A stretch of 64,000 nucleotides of DNA from Amphiscolops sp. MND2022 (taxonomy: Eukaryota): assembly GCA_964187785.1 (NCBI GenBank), contig OZ076409.1, forward strand, positions 31,126,001 to 31,190,000, read 5' to 3'. A program made the position numbers and the translations under genes. The notes under the pieces are model-generated. The model did not search any database and was not told the DNA's origin. It saw only the letters and a list, made by a program, of their open reading frames with translations. Below, piece by piece: positions 48,856 to 60,504 of this stretch. The first letter of the stretch is position 1. The number at the start of each line of letters is the position of its first letter.

Positions 48856-51639
48856 CCAATATCCCAAAAAATCCTACCTATCTCAGCGGCTTCAGGAAAC
48901 GCCGTGCCGAAAAGCGTCCTTAATGCTACCCGGGTCATTAAGGTAACCCTAGATCTTCCAAAACCGAGGAACAAGCCAATTAGATACTTTTTGATGTGTT
49001 TCGAATTTCAAATTTTTCCGCTAGGGGGACTTCGAATTTTTGAAAATTTTCAAACATGGTCACTCATACTATGACCATAATCGTTGCCATGCTAGTCATA
49101 ATATGGCCATACTATGACCATATTATGATGATCATTTTCCACCATGATCATTCTATGACATAGTATGATGCGCCATTTCCGAGTATGGGGGTCAACCCGG
49201 GTTGGAACAACAGCTTCAAGCTGACCAAGGCTGCAAATATTGTTTCATAGCTTGGAGAGACAGTATCTTAAAAGGGCGCGGACTTGGAAAAGCAGAAGTG
49301 CTTATTTGGCGTCCATACCGCGGATTCTGCTCTCTTTTCTGCCTCAACTAGAAGACGAAAAACCAAAGAAACAAGGTCTTGTAGTAAACCCTTGTTGAAA
49401 TCGCTTGAACTTTTTACATGTACTTTAATGTTCTCAGTAACATTTATTTTGATTTTCTAAATTTCTTACGGAAACTTTCATGCGACAAAAGTTCCCTGTT
49501 GCATTTAACTTTTATCAAGCTGCTTGAAAGCTTGAAATTTTAACCCGTGAAGTTTTGCAAGTTTCATTATTCATCAGTTCTAATTTTCAAAGCGACATTT
49601 TACCGTCATTTTAATGCAAATTAAATTCATTCACAATGTAAAGAACTAACTAGCGTCATCTTCAGCGTCCTACTTGAGAAGCAGTGATTAAATGATGAGT
49701 AGTTGAGGAAACAAAGTGTCAAAACAAAATGATCGTGTCGGTAATGTAGAGTAATTTATTTTCAAATTTAATTGCAGTAGTGAAAAATGCAATGTAATTG
49801 TAATGATTTACCACCCGAAATTCACTGAATTTTCTAGGCTTTTAAAAAATTACCCTGCATGCAGGCATGCAGCATGTAAAAAGTTACCGCAGCTTCAACT
49901 AAGGAAAGAATAGTGGAAAACGTAGGGATTTCAACTGAAGGAGTGAATAATCAAATATCTCAAAGACTTGGTGGATTATGGGACGAGACGGATGCTCAAA
50001 TAGAGAGAGTTATTGACGCTTCGATAAATGAGAGAGTAGTTCCCCACATTTAGGCAAGTTCAGGCAGTCTTAGCGATGTAGTTAACCTACAAGGTGACTC
50101 TTGATCCATGGGACCGGAACGGATACCCCTGAAGGTATAAATGAACGCCCTGTGTCAGGTCTATAATTCAGGTGTTGTCGCCGCATTTCACATGATTGAA
50201 TATAGTATTGTGGAATAGTGCGCTTTTCTCAATACACAAATTTACTGTTTCTCCAAGAGATTGCATTTGCTAATTTTCTCCTTCAATGTACTCTCAATTC
50301 TGCTCATATATGATAACGCCATTGGCTGATAAATGAGCTCTGTTATTAACTTCTCTAGGTTAGCGTCATGGTTGTTGGTGAGGATAAAAGTAACGCCAAG
50401 TTTTTCTCAGACTTGCTTTTTTCGCATAAAAAGTCACCTCAAACAGAATATGGGGCTTAATTTTTGTTTTCTTCGCTGGCTTTGATCTGTTTCACAGTAG
50501 TGAAAAGTGAAAGAGTGCACTTTCGTTTTTTTGAACTCTCACTACCGTGACATAATAATGGGTTTGCCTTGGGATCTTAATTTTTTCTGAAATAAATTTC
50601 TTGAAAAAAACAATGAACCATTTTTGTCGCTGAAAACTGTCGATATTGCAACGCATAAACGTCGCGAGCATTGAGCTAAGCAGAGTTTCTCCAATAAACG
50701 AAAATGTGTATTTTTCGGGATAAAGCAAATTTAATAGGAACTCAAGGTCCCAAATGTTTGTTAATTTTTGCAATGACTCACCTCCGGAGGTGACCAGAAA
50801 ATATGCTTCCCGAAAAGAGGTTTATAAAGAGAGTTTTCAATGTTTAAAGCATTTCAAAACTGCCCTAATGTTTTAGCGAATAACAACAATGCTTCCGATT
50901 TCAAGAAGAAAAAGTACAGAGAGAAGCTTCGAAAATTTGATGAGAAGTGTCAACTAGTGCTTTACCTATGTGAAAACATGACAGTTGGGTATCGGGAGCC
51001 CCACAATCGCCCAAAAGACTTTGATCAGAAGATGCTATCGTTCCTCCAGCTCAAGACAACCAACATGACCTCATAGTGACGTTGTTGTCTTGGATGCCAT
51101 CATGAGCAATCAATCATTGAATCAATCTCAACTACTTGTCGATACAAACTGCTTGAGCAATACGTTGTCAATTGTATCTAATAGTTTCAAATTCATATTA
51201 ATTGCATCTCTTGATTTGGAAATTGTTCTCGACGTGGAAAAAAGTCGAATGAAATCTAAAATAGAGCAGACTTTTTTTGCAAGTCATTGAATTTTTTTGT
51301 AAATGTTCAGGAAATCGACACAACTTACACTTTCGAAATCCTAACGAAGCATATAGTTTTACTTGGCAAGCTGATATAAGAGCAACATCGAGCGCAGTTC
51401 TTCAAAAATTTCCAAAGGCGAGATGCAAAATTGCTTCGAAACGGAAAATGAACTCAAATGCGAATGGCATTCCTAGCTTTGAAAAAAGTGATGAGACATC
51501 GAGCCGAAGGAGCTGGACTGAAGTTTCTTGAAATTTCGTGTGGATTACAATGCTGTTTGCTTGGAATTACTATCATCAATATGACACTTCATTTTTGTTT
51601 CAACATGTATCATTAGTTTAGAGCTGGAAAACACGTGAA

Positions 51640-54600
51640 AATTTTTGCGTTGAATAACCTAATTTTGCAAGCCCAACGTTTTTACAATATGGCAGCGCGT
51701 TTTATCTGTTTGTGCTTTTTAGCGCGAAAATACGCGTTTTAGCGCACTTTACCTTGCTCCAGCTGCGAAACGGCTGTTGATGCAGGCAATTGCTTGTTTT
51801 TCGTTATTAATAGGTCTGCAGAGGAAAACGGGGTATTTGCGTTAGAAAAGCGTTATTCGCGTTGTAACCGTTTTTGGCAAAAACGAGTCTCTAGGTCAAA
51901 AGAAGGCGTTTTAGCATACATTTAGCTCAAAAATAAGTGAATGCAGGAAATTGCTTGTTTTTATTTGAGATTCTTCATGGCACAACTCGTTTGCAAGCTT
52001 GCCAGTACCTTATTTGCGTTATAACCGCTTTACAAAAACGTGCTTTGTGAGAAACAACACGTTTTGGAACACTTGGAGTTTTTTGCTGAAATACGCGTGT
52101 AAATGCAGGGAATTGCTTGTTTTTGCGTTATTAAACTATTTCTGCCCAGCACAACGCCTTTGCACGCTTGCTTGCCAGCGCGTTTTTTTGCGTTATAACT
52201 GTTTTTTGCAAAACAGCGATAATTTTGTAGTTGCATTATAGTTTCCGCGCAAAATACAGTTGATTCTCGTTACCGCACACCCTTTGGAGACTATGTGGCG
52301 AAGTGCTTGATAACGAGCCTTACGCAATAACAAAAATTCCGACATATAACGTATTACATGTAAACCTGAAAAGGGATTAGTTTATAATAGCGCTCTCAGG
52401 GCATCTGTACGGTGACGGCATTGTGCAGTAAAGTCAACTTTTTTGACGGAATCAATTTTTTAAAGCTGAAAAATGCTTGGAAAGGCAGAAAGTTGCTTGT
52501 TTTGGATGTTAATAAGCGACTGCATTACACAACGCGTTTTTTTGCGATTTAATCGTTTTTTGTCATTACCGGGAAAGAAAGCGTTCTAGCTGGAAAACGT
52601 GTGGAAAGGCAAGACCTTTTGTTTGCGTTATAATCGATTTTTGCAAAAAAAAATGTAAATGCAGGTAATTACTAGTTTTTGCGTTGATAAACTAATTCTG
52701 CACAGCAACGCGTTTACGCGCTCGACAGCGCGTTGTTTGCATTATAACCGAAAACTGCAGCAAAACGTTTCCACTGCGAAATTAATTGTTTCAACTCACA
52801 TTGAACTGTTTTAGCTGAAAAACGCGTGTAGAAGCTGGAAACCGCTTGTGTTTGCATTCGTTAAATAGGCACGCCGGATTGCATTATTATTGGAGACCGC
52901 AACAGACCGCTTTTTCGCGCTAAATTTTGCGTTTAGACGCCCTATACCTTGTTTTAGCTAAAAAACAGCATGAAAAAACAAGGAATTGTCTGTTTTGCAA
53001 ATTAATAACCTACGTTTGAAGTGCCCAACGCCTTTGCACGCGTGTCAGCTCGTTATTTCCGTTATAAGCAGTTTTTGCAACGAAGAGAGTCTGCACGCGA
53101 GCTAAAACCATTTTGCGTTATATTGCTTGTTTTCAGAAAACTGTCTTTGGGCGAAGCAACACGATTTGATGCACTTGAAGGTTTTGGCTGGAAAACCCGT
53201 GTAAAAGTAGGGAATTTCTTGGTTTTGAGTTAATAAACCTATTCTGGACCGGAAGTAGCGAGAAACCGTTTTCGCGCTAAATGAGGTGTTTCAGTTAACT
53301 TTACCTCATTTCAGTTGAAAAAAGCGTGTAAATGCAAGAAAATGCTTGTTTTTGCGACGTCATTTTATTTGTGTCAGAATTTGTGTTGCGTTTCAACCGT
53401 TTTTCTACAAAAAAAGCGTTTTTATCGCGGAATAACGCGTTTTAGCGCACGCGTGTGAATACATGAAAACAGTTGTCAAAACTACCAACTCGACGAAGCA
53501 CAAGGCAATTGCATCTATGCTAGACTATTTTTCGCATATGACTGATTTTTGCAAAAAAAAAACACTTTTTCAGCTCGCGAAAACGAGTGTTGGCGTATGA
53601 CATCAAGGTGGTTGCGTTATATTCTTTGTCTACTCAGTTCAGTGGTTCAGTCTTTGCTTTCCAACCGGTCTGCGCGAGTTCCAATCTGTGGCTGTGCCTT
53701 TATCAATAAACTGCTTTCTATTATTACACTGTTGACCTTGATATTGCTAGTTTCTCATTTATACACTTAACCGATCAAAGCTCTTTCATGAGACCTTTTT
53801 ATTCAAACATATGTAAACAACCTGCTCAGATCTTTTTGTTGTCGTCTCAACTGTAAACGCCGCCTCCGCTACTGCTGCCCTCAATAACCAGTTAACAACC
53901 AGTCCCCATAACTTCACCTATTATATCATTTATCTATCCTTCACACAGTAAATAAACTTTATCAAATATAGTTCTCTTGCTTCGACATAAATCCCTAATC
54001 GTCAAAAGCCTGAACTCTTTTTTTTAGTCCTCTCAAAACTATAGTTTGAACTTTATCTTGAGTTCTTTCGTTGTTGCTCACTTGGCAGCTATCTCGAAAC
54101 ATTGGTGACCTCCACGAAATAGCAACGACAGATAACACATGAGGTTCAGAAGACTCTAATGGTGTGTTGAAGTTGCCTCGACTGACGCGATCAAAAGGGG
54201 CTCACATTATATGGGCAACACTAATCCAGTGTTGTGGTGTAAGGGCAAGATCAAGGAGTTGCAGCCTCCAAGCACCAGTGACACAGTGTCCCCATCAAGT
54301 GACCTGGCCATCTGACTACAAAGTTAACCGTATTTGTCTCTCAGCGGCGAATTCACACCTTGACTTTCTTTCTGGGACCAAATTGAAACCCTTGTTGACA
54401 TTGCGGACGTTGAGAAGCTATAACACGTCAAAGTGTCATTGAACGTTGATACCGCTCAAAAAGTACTCTCTGGTGATCACTCATGCAAACTTCGACATTG
54501 CGAAGCGAAAGTGAAAAGGGGCACTACAACAACAGCCGTTCAATGGAGGAAGCGCATTCACCTGAAGTTTAAGTCTACCAGATGTAAGCAAGGAGTCAAA

Positions 54601-57600
54601 TGTCGAGCTGCTACAGATTTCGGAATCGACGACTGAACAAATGCGAGCAGTGGAAGCATAGATGTTACCTTTTGATCGATGGGATGCAATATTAGGTGCT
54701 AATAAAATTAGATCGAGAAAGCGGTTTGAATTGTCACATCCTGGCACTGATGTAATATTATTCAAAGAGTCATTTACTTTCTTTGATAGACAAAGCTGCG
54801 CATTGAATCCAATAGTGACCAGCCTGACGCTTCCATTCCTAAGATGCACATAATAAAATGCATCAAAAAGCCTACTCCTCAACTGTTGAACAGTCCACGA
54901 GTTGTCAAATGAAAGAATACAATTTCGATGCACAAATGTGATCGGTACGAGCAATTGGGCACGCGTGAAAGAAAAACAGCGGCGAGGAAGCTCCTCAAAC
55001 GTTATGTTTAGTGAAAAACGCATTCAAACGCAGGGAATTGCTTGTCTTAGCGTTAAATACCCTAAAAATGCAATGATCAGCCCGTTTGCACGCATGGCAG
55101 CGCTGTCACTGTGTTAAAACCTTAGTGAGCAAAAAAGGCGTTTTTAGCGCAAAAAAATGCGTTTTGGCGCATCTAACGTTGTTTTCGCTGCAAAACGCGT
55201 TCAAAACGCGGGGAAGCACTCGTTTTAGCGTAAGATAACCTATTTTTGCATAGTTCAACACAGTTGCATGCGTGGCAGCGCTTTCATTGCGTTAAAACCG
55301 TCAGTGTGCAAAAAACACGTTTTTACCGCGAAACAACGCGTTTTAGCGCATCTATGGTTGTTTTTGCTGAAAATTGGGTATAAAAGCGGGGAAACAGTTT
55401 TTTTGCGTTAAACAACCTATTTTGCTTAATTCAACTCATTTCATGTTTGGAAAGCGCTTTTATTGCGTTAAAACCGTTAGTGTGCAAAAAACTCGTTTTT
55501 AGCGCGAATTACCGCGTTTTAGAGCCTTGTTTTAGCTGAAAAATGGGTTTGAAATTGGGGAAAATCCCGTTTTTGCGTTACACAGCCTATTTTTGCATAG
55601 CTCAACGCAGTTGCATGCGTGGCAGCGCTTTCATTACGTTGAAATTGTTAATGTGCAAAAAACGCGTTTTTAGCGCAAAACAATGCGTTTTAGCGCATCT
55701 AACGTTGTTTTCGCTGAACAACGGGTTTAAAAGCGGGGAAAATCTCGTTTTCACGTTAAACAACCTGTTTTTGCATAGTTCAACCCATTTGCATGTTTGG
55801 CAGTGCTTTCATTGCGTTAAAACCGTTAGTGTGCAAAAAACTCGTTTTTAGCGCAAATTCCCGCGTTTTAGCGCCTTGTTTTTGCTGAAAAACGGGTGTA
55901 AAAGCGGGGAAAATCTCGTTTTTGCGTTAAACAACCCATTTTTGCATGGCTCAACGCAGTTGCATGCGTGGCAGCGCTTTCATTGCGTTAAAACCTTAGT
56001 GAGCAAAAAAGGCGTTTTTAGCGCAAAATATTGCGTTTTAGCGCATCTAACGTTGTTTTCGCTGCAAAACGCGTTCGAAACGCGGGGAAGCACTCGTTTT
56101 TGCGTAAGATAACCTATTTTTGCATAGTTCAACACAGTTGCATGTTTGGCAGCGCTCTCATTGCGTTAAAACCGTTAGTGTGCAAAAAACTCGTTTTTAG
56201 CGCAAATTACCGCGTTTTAGCCCTTGTTTTTGCTGGAAAACGGGTGTAAAGGCGGGGCGGGGAAAATCCCGTTTTTGCGTTAAACAACCTATTTTTGCAT
56301 AGATTAACGCAGTTACATGCGTGGCAGCGCTTTCATTGCGTTGAAACCTTTAATGTGCAAAAAACGCGTTTTTAGCGCAAAAAAACGTGTTTTAGCGCTT
56401 CTAACGTTGTTTTCGCTGAAAAACGGTATAAAAGCGGGGAAAACCTCGTTTTTGTTTTAAACAACCTAGTTTGCATAGTTCAACGCAGTTGCATGCGTGG
56501 CAGAGCTTGCTTTCATTGCGTTGAAACCGTTTGTGTGCAAAAGACACGAATTTAGAGCGAATTACTGCGTTTTAGCGCTTCTAACGTTGTTTTCGCTGAA
56601 AAACGGTATAAAAGCGGGGAAAATCTCGTTTTTGCTTTAAACAACCTATTTTTGCATAGTTCAACGCATTTGCATGCGCGGCAGAGGTTGCTTTCATTGC
56701 GTTGAAACCGTTTGTGTGCAAAAGACACGATTTTAGAGCGAATTACTGCGTTTTAGCGCATATAACGTTGTTTTCGCTGAAAAACGCGTTTGAATATGAG
56801 GAAGTGCTTGTTTTGCGGTAAACAATGTTTTTGCATAGCTCAAAGCATTTGCATGCGTGGCACCGTTTTCATTGCGTTGAAAGTTAGTGTGCAAAAACTA
56901 ACCTATTTTTGCATAGTTCAACGCATTAACGGATTTGCACCCGTTGCAACGCTTCTATTGCGTTAAAACCGTTAGTGGGCAGAAATCAAGTGTTTAGCGC
57001 GAAATACCGCGTTTTAGCGCATCTAACGTTGTTTTTGCTGAAAAAACATGTTCACAGGCGGAGAATAGTTTGTCGTCGCATAAAAAACCTAGTTTTGCAT
57101 AGTGCAACGCATTTGCACGCGTGTCAGCGCTTTCATTACTTTGTAACTGTTAGTATGCGGAAAAACGCGTTTCTAGCGCAAAATACCGCGTTTTAGCGCA
57201 TCTACCCTTGTTTTCGCTGAAAAACGCATTTAAACGCGGTGAACTGCTTGTTCTTGCGTTCTATAACTTTTTTTCATAGTTAATCGAATTTGCACCCGCG
57301 GCAGAGGCTCCAGTGCGTTAGAACCGTTAGTGTGCAGAAAACGAGTTTTCAGCGCCAAGTAATGCGTTTTAGCGCATCTAAAGTTTCGTTTTGCCGAAAA
57401 ACGCGTTTAAAAGCGGGAATTGCATGTTTTTGCGGTGGATAACCAAATTCTGCATAGTGCAACGCATTTGCACGCGTGGCAGCGCTTTCATAGCGTTAAA
57501 ACTGTTAGTGTTCAAAAAAGCGTTGTTTTTGCTGGAAAACGCGTTTGAACAGGAAAATGTTTATTGTGTTAAGTAACATAATTTTGCATGGTTCAACTTG

Positions 57601-58150
57601 CTTGCATGCGTGGCAGCGTTTTCATTTCATCAAAACCGTTAGCGTGCAAAAAGCCGCTTTTAGCGTGCAAAACCGCGTTTTAGCGCCTTGTTTTTGCTGA
57701 AAAACTCATTTAAACGTTGGGAATTGCTTGTTTTCGCATTAAAAAGCCTAATTTTGGAATATGCAACGCATTTGCACCCGTGGCAGCGCTTTAATTGCGT
57801 CAGAAATGTTATTGTGCAGAAAGCGCGTTTAAGCGCGAAAAACCGTGTTTCAGCGCATCTAACCTTGTTTTCGCTGGAAAACGTGTTTAAACACATGGAA
57901 TTGTTTTTGTGTAAAGTAAAATAGTTTTGCATAGTTCAATTTGCTTACACGCGTGGTAGCGCTCTCACTGCGTTGAAACAGTTAGTGTATAAATTGCTTT
58001 TTAGCGCGAAATACCGCGTTTTAGCGCATCTAACCTTGTTTTCGCTGAAAAACGCGGTTAAACGCAGGGAATTGTTTTTCTGTGTTAAGTAACCTAATTC
58101 TGCATAGTTCAGTTTGTTTGCATGCGCGGCAGCGTTTTCATTGCGTTAAA
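51640..58150. repeat. CpG-rich ~170-180-bp satellite: degenerate at 51640-53587, homogeneous at ~54960-58150
   Basis: Recurring gcgttttagcgcatctaacgttgttttcgctgaaaaac...ttttgcatagttcaacgca.ttgcatgcgtggcagcgctttcattgcgttaaaaccgttagtgtgcaaaaaa. Confidence 0.93.
53588..54950 (+). mobile_element. Truncated LTR retrotransposon in the satellite: 5' LTR 53588-54101, PBS 54103-54116, protease remnant
   Basis: TGTT...AACA LTR with aataaa; TGGTGACCTCCACG resembles a tRNA-Trp PBS; IETLVDI and LPFDRWDAILG are retropepsin-like fragments. Confidence 0.72.
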
Positions 58151-58559
58151 CAGTAAAACCAGTGAGTTGCTCTTTTGCTCAGCTCCTGCATCTTTCAAAT
58201 CTTTTAACGTTGAACTTTTTTCAGTATAGAAACTTTAGGATTTCAATAGGAAATCCTGGATGTTCATCACCAAAAATATCATTGTGTTAGATACCGGAAA
58301 CAAAGACGAGAAACCAAATTCAATAGTTTCAGACAACTCTTAGGCATCAGAATGTTTCTTTAGATTTAATTGGAATACCGGTTTCCACAGAGCTGTTTCC
58401 GTTGTGACTTGTAAATGTATGCTCACCCAAATTGACTGCTACTGTACCGTTTATAAATTTGATTGCTCTTTCACAGCAGAGTTTTAGAAATCCTAAGTCA
58501 CAGTGTTTCCAAAATTTTCGCTGCTGAAGTGAAGTGAATTTTTCCCAGGAGAGTATATG

Positions 58560-58930
58560 CAAATTTTTCGCGCTCCTTGTCAATCTCTGTACTATTGCCT
58601 GTGACGAAGGCAGATAAAAAACAGTTGGTCCTGGGCCTACAATATTAAAACAAAATTTCAAAGAAGCAAATCTTTAGGATACACATCAAAAAGTAATTGA
58701 CCAAAGGGCTCTGCAACAGCGTTTGTATAACATTCTTTCAAGACATCACTTCTCTTCAAATGTCCTCTGAAATATTGAATTTGTTGACTGCCTCGAGGTG
58801 AAGTTAAAACGATATTGTGTGTGTTATCTAAATCAATTGTTCGTGACCACTTGCTCTGATGAAAAAGAGGTAGGTCTTTTTGTTTAGACAGGTTATGAGA
58901 AAACTCACAACAGTCCCACAAGACCAAAAA
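58560..58930 (-). pseudogene. Relic A32-like ATPase, C-terminal half (third Polinton-type family)
   Basis: LFHQSKWSRTIDL.NTHNIVLTSPRGSQQIQYF...AEPFGQLLFDVYP. Confidence 0.75.
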
Positions 58931-59379
58931 ATATCTGAATGCTCTCCCAAAATCTTGGAAAACGATTTTCCTGAACCGATTATTTCGTAAAACGAAAGTT
59001 TAATGGGAACAAAGTTCCATTTTTTTTGGTATCAAAAACAATTTTTAATGTCTGCGGTAAAAGGAATACTGCCAAACGATCTGGGTAACGTTCTTTTTTT
59101 CAGAGCGCTGTTTCTGTTGAGAATTCAAGAGGGCAACTTAGATGTTCCGCAAACATACAGGAAAGTGGCAAAAAATCTAATTCTTTTTCCTCTACAGTTG
59201 AGCTCGTAAATAAAAACTTTTCGAAAAACGTTTCACAGCGCCAAAACACGCAGAAACCGAGACTTTTTGGGCCTTTTCATCATCCAGTTGGTTGCAGAAA
59301 ATCAAAATAGGCAAAGAAGGGGCCCTTCGGCGACAACAAAAAATTTCAGGAAAAAAACAATTTCCGCGCTCCGTTTCAA

Positions 59380-59990
59380 TATAAGTGATTTTGCCTGTGA
59401 TGAAAAAACATAAAACACAGTTGGTCCTACAATTATCAAACAATTTCTCAAGCAATCGTCTAGTTTGGATCGAGATCAATTAATAAATGACCAAACGGCG
59501 CCGCAACAGTGTTTGTATATCTTTCAAGAACTTAACTTTATTCAATTATCTTCCAAAATATTCAATTGGTTCACTGCCTCGAGGTGAATTAAAAACAAAA
59601 ATGTGTGTGTTGTTTTGGTCACTTGCTCGTGACCACTTGTTCTGATGTAAAAGATTGTGTTTGATAAAAGTGTAGTGAACTCCTCTATGACGCCCAGAGA
59701 CTGCAATTTCTACAAACTCTTCTTGTTCCTAAATTTCGCCACATGAATCATCAAATATTAGTAAAGAATCAATCCTTAAAGGTCTTCATCATTTCAAACT
59801 TGAGACAATAGAGAAATCAATAATTCATCTTCTTCTGCAGCTCCTTGGAGATACGTTGGAATTCTTTTGAAAGTCGTAGATTTTGTTGCATCTTGAATTG
59901 AAAATCTCCGAGGTTAGCATTGAAAAAATAGGCCTAGTTTTTTTCAGAGCCAGACGGACCAACTACAGACATGGAAGGTCTGTCGATTGT
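59380..59990 (-). pseudogene. Relic A32-like ATPase, second adjacent copy
   Basis: MSVVGPSGSEKT (Walker A); LLIFDDSC; IAVSGRHRGVHYTFIKHNLLHQNKWSR; FNSPRG; IDLDP. Confidence 0.8.
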
Positions 59991-60504
59991 GAATAATACT
60001 TTGTTCATGGTAACGGACCTTGTCAAATATCCAACTGCACCACCCAGAAGTGAAGTCCAGATTGGCAGGTCCTCCAGGGTACTTCAAACGAAAAAGAGCT
60101 TTATCAAACAAACTGATTTGAGATCGAATACTAAAATCGTGTTAACAAAAAATACCTTTTGAGATAATGGTGTCTTTTAGAATTACAAAGCTTCAAAGGT
60201 GGACTTTCGTGTTTGTTTTCATCGTATATTCATTCAGTTATCGCGTCTCGCGAGTCAACTGGTTCTGACTGCATACCTGAACAAACGATGTTGACAGAGT
60301 GTCTCAATTGAAATTACCAAGCAATCGAATAAGCATGCTAAGTACAAAAATCTACGGGAAATGTTCGTTTACGGCTCAAAATACAACAGAAATATGACCG
60401 CTATTGTGTTTCTTGTACACATTCGTTTTTTGTTGATAATGTTCGACAATTTTTACTTTGGATCAAAGTCTGAAATTGCCGTAATATTCAGCTCACAGAA
60501 CGCA

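Larger units (their letters stand above)
34951..49201 (-). mobile_element. Probable large CMC/EnSpm (CACTA-superfamily) DNA transposon, ~14 kb; boundaries tentative
   Basis: Right end reads cccgggttgacccccatact (reverse complement) versus left gacaggttgaccaaacatact; both ends carry catagtatga/tcatactatg subterminal repeats; TT on both flanks; internal EnSpm-type transposase. Confidence 0.6.

Noticed and set aside
55543..57932. Family of similar short ORFs
   Set aside because: Translations of satellite monomers.
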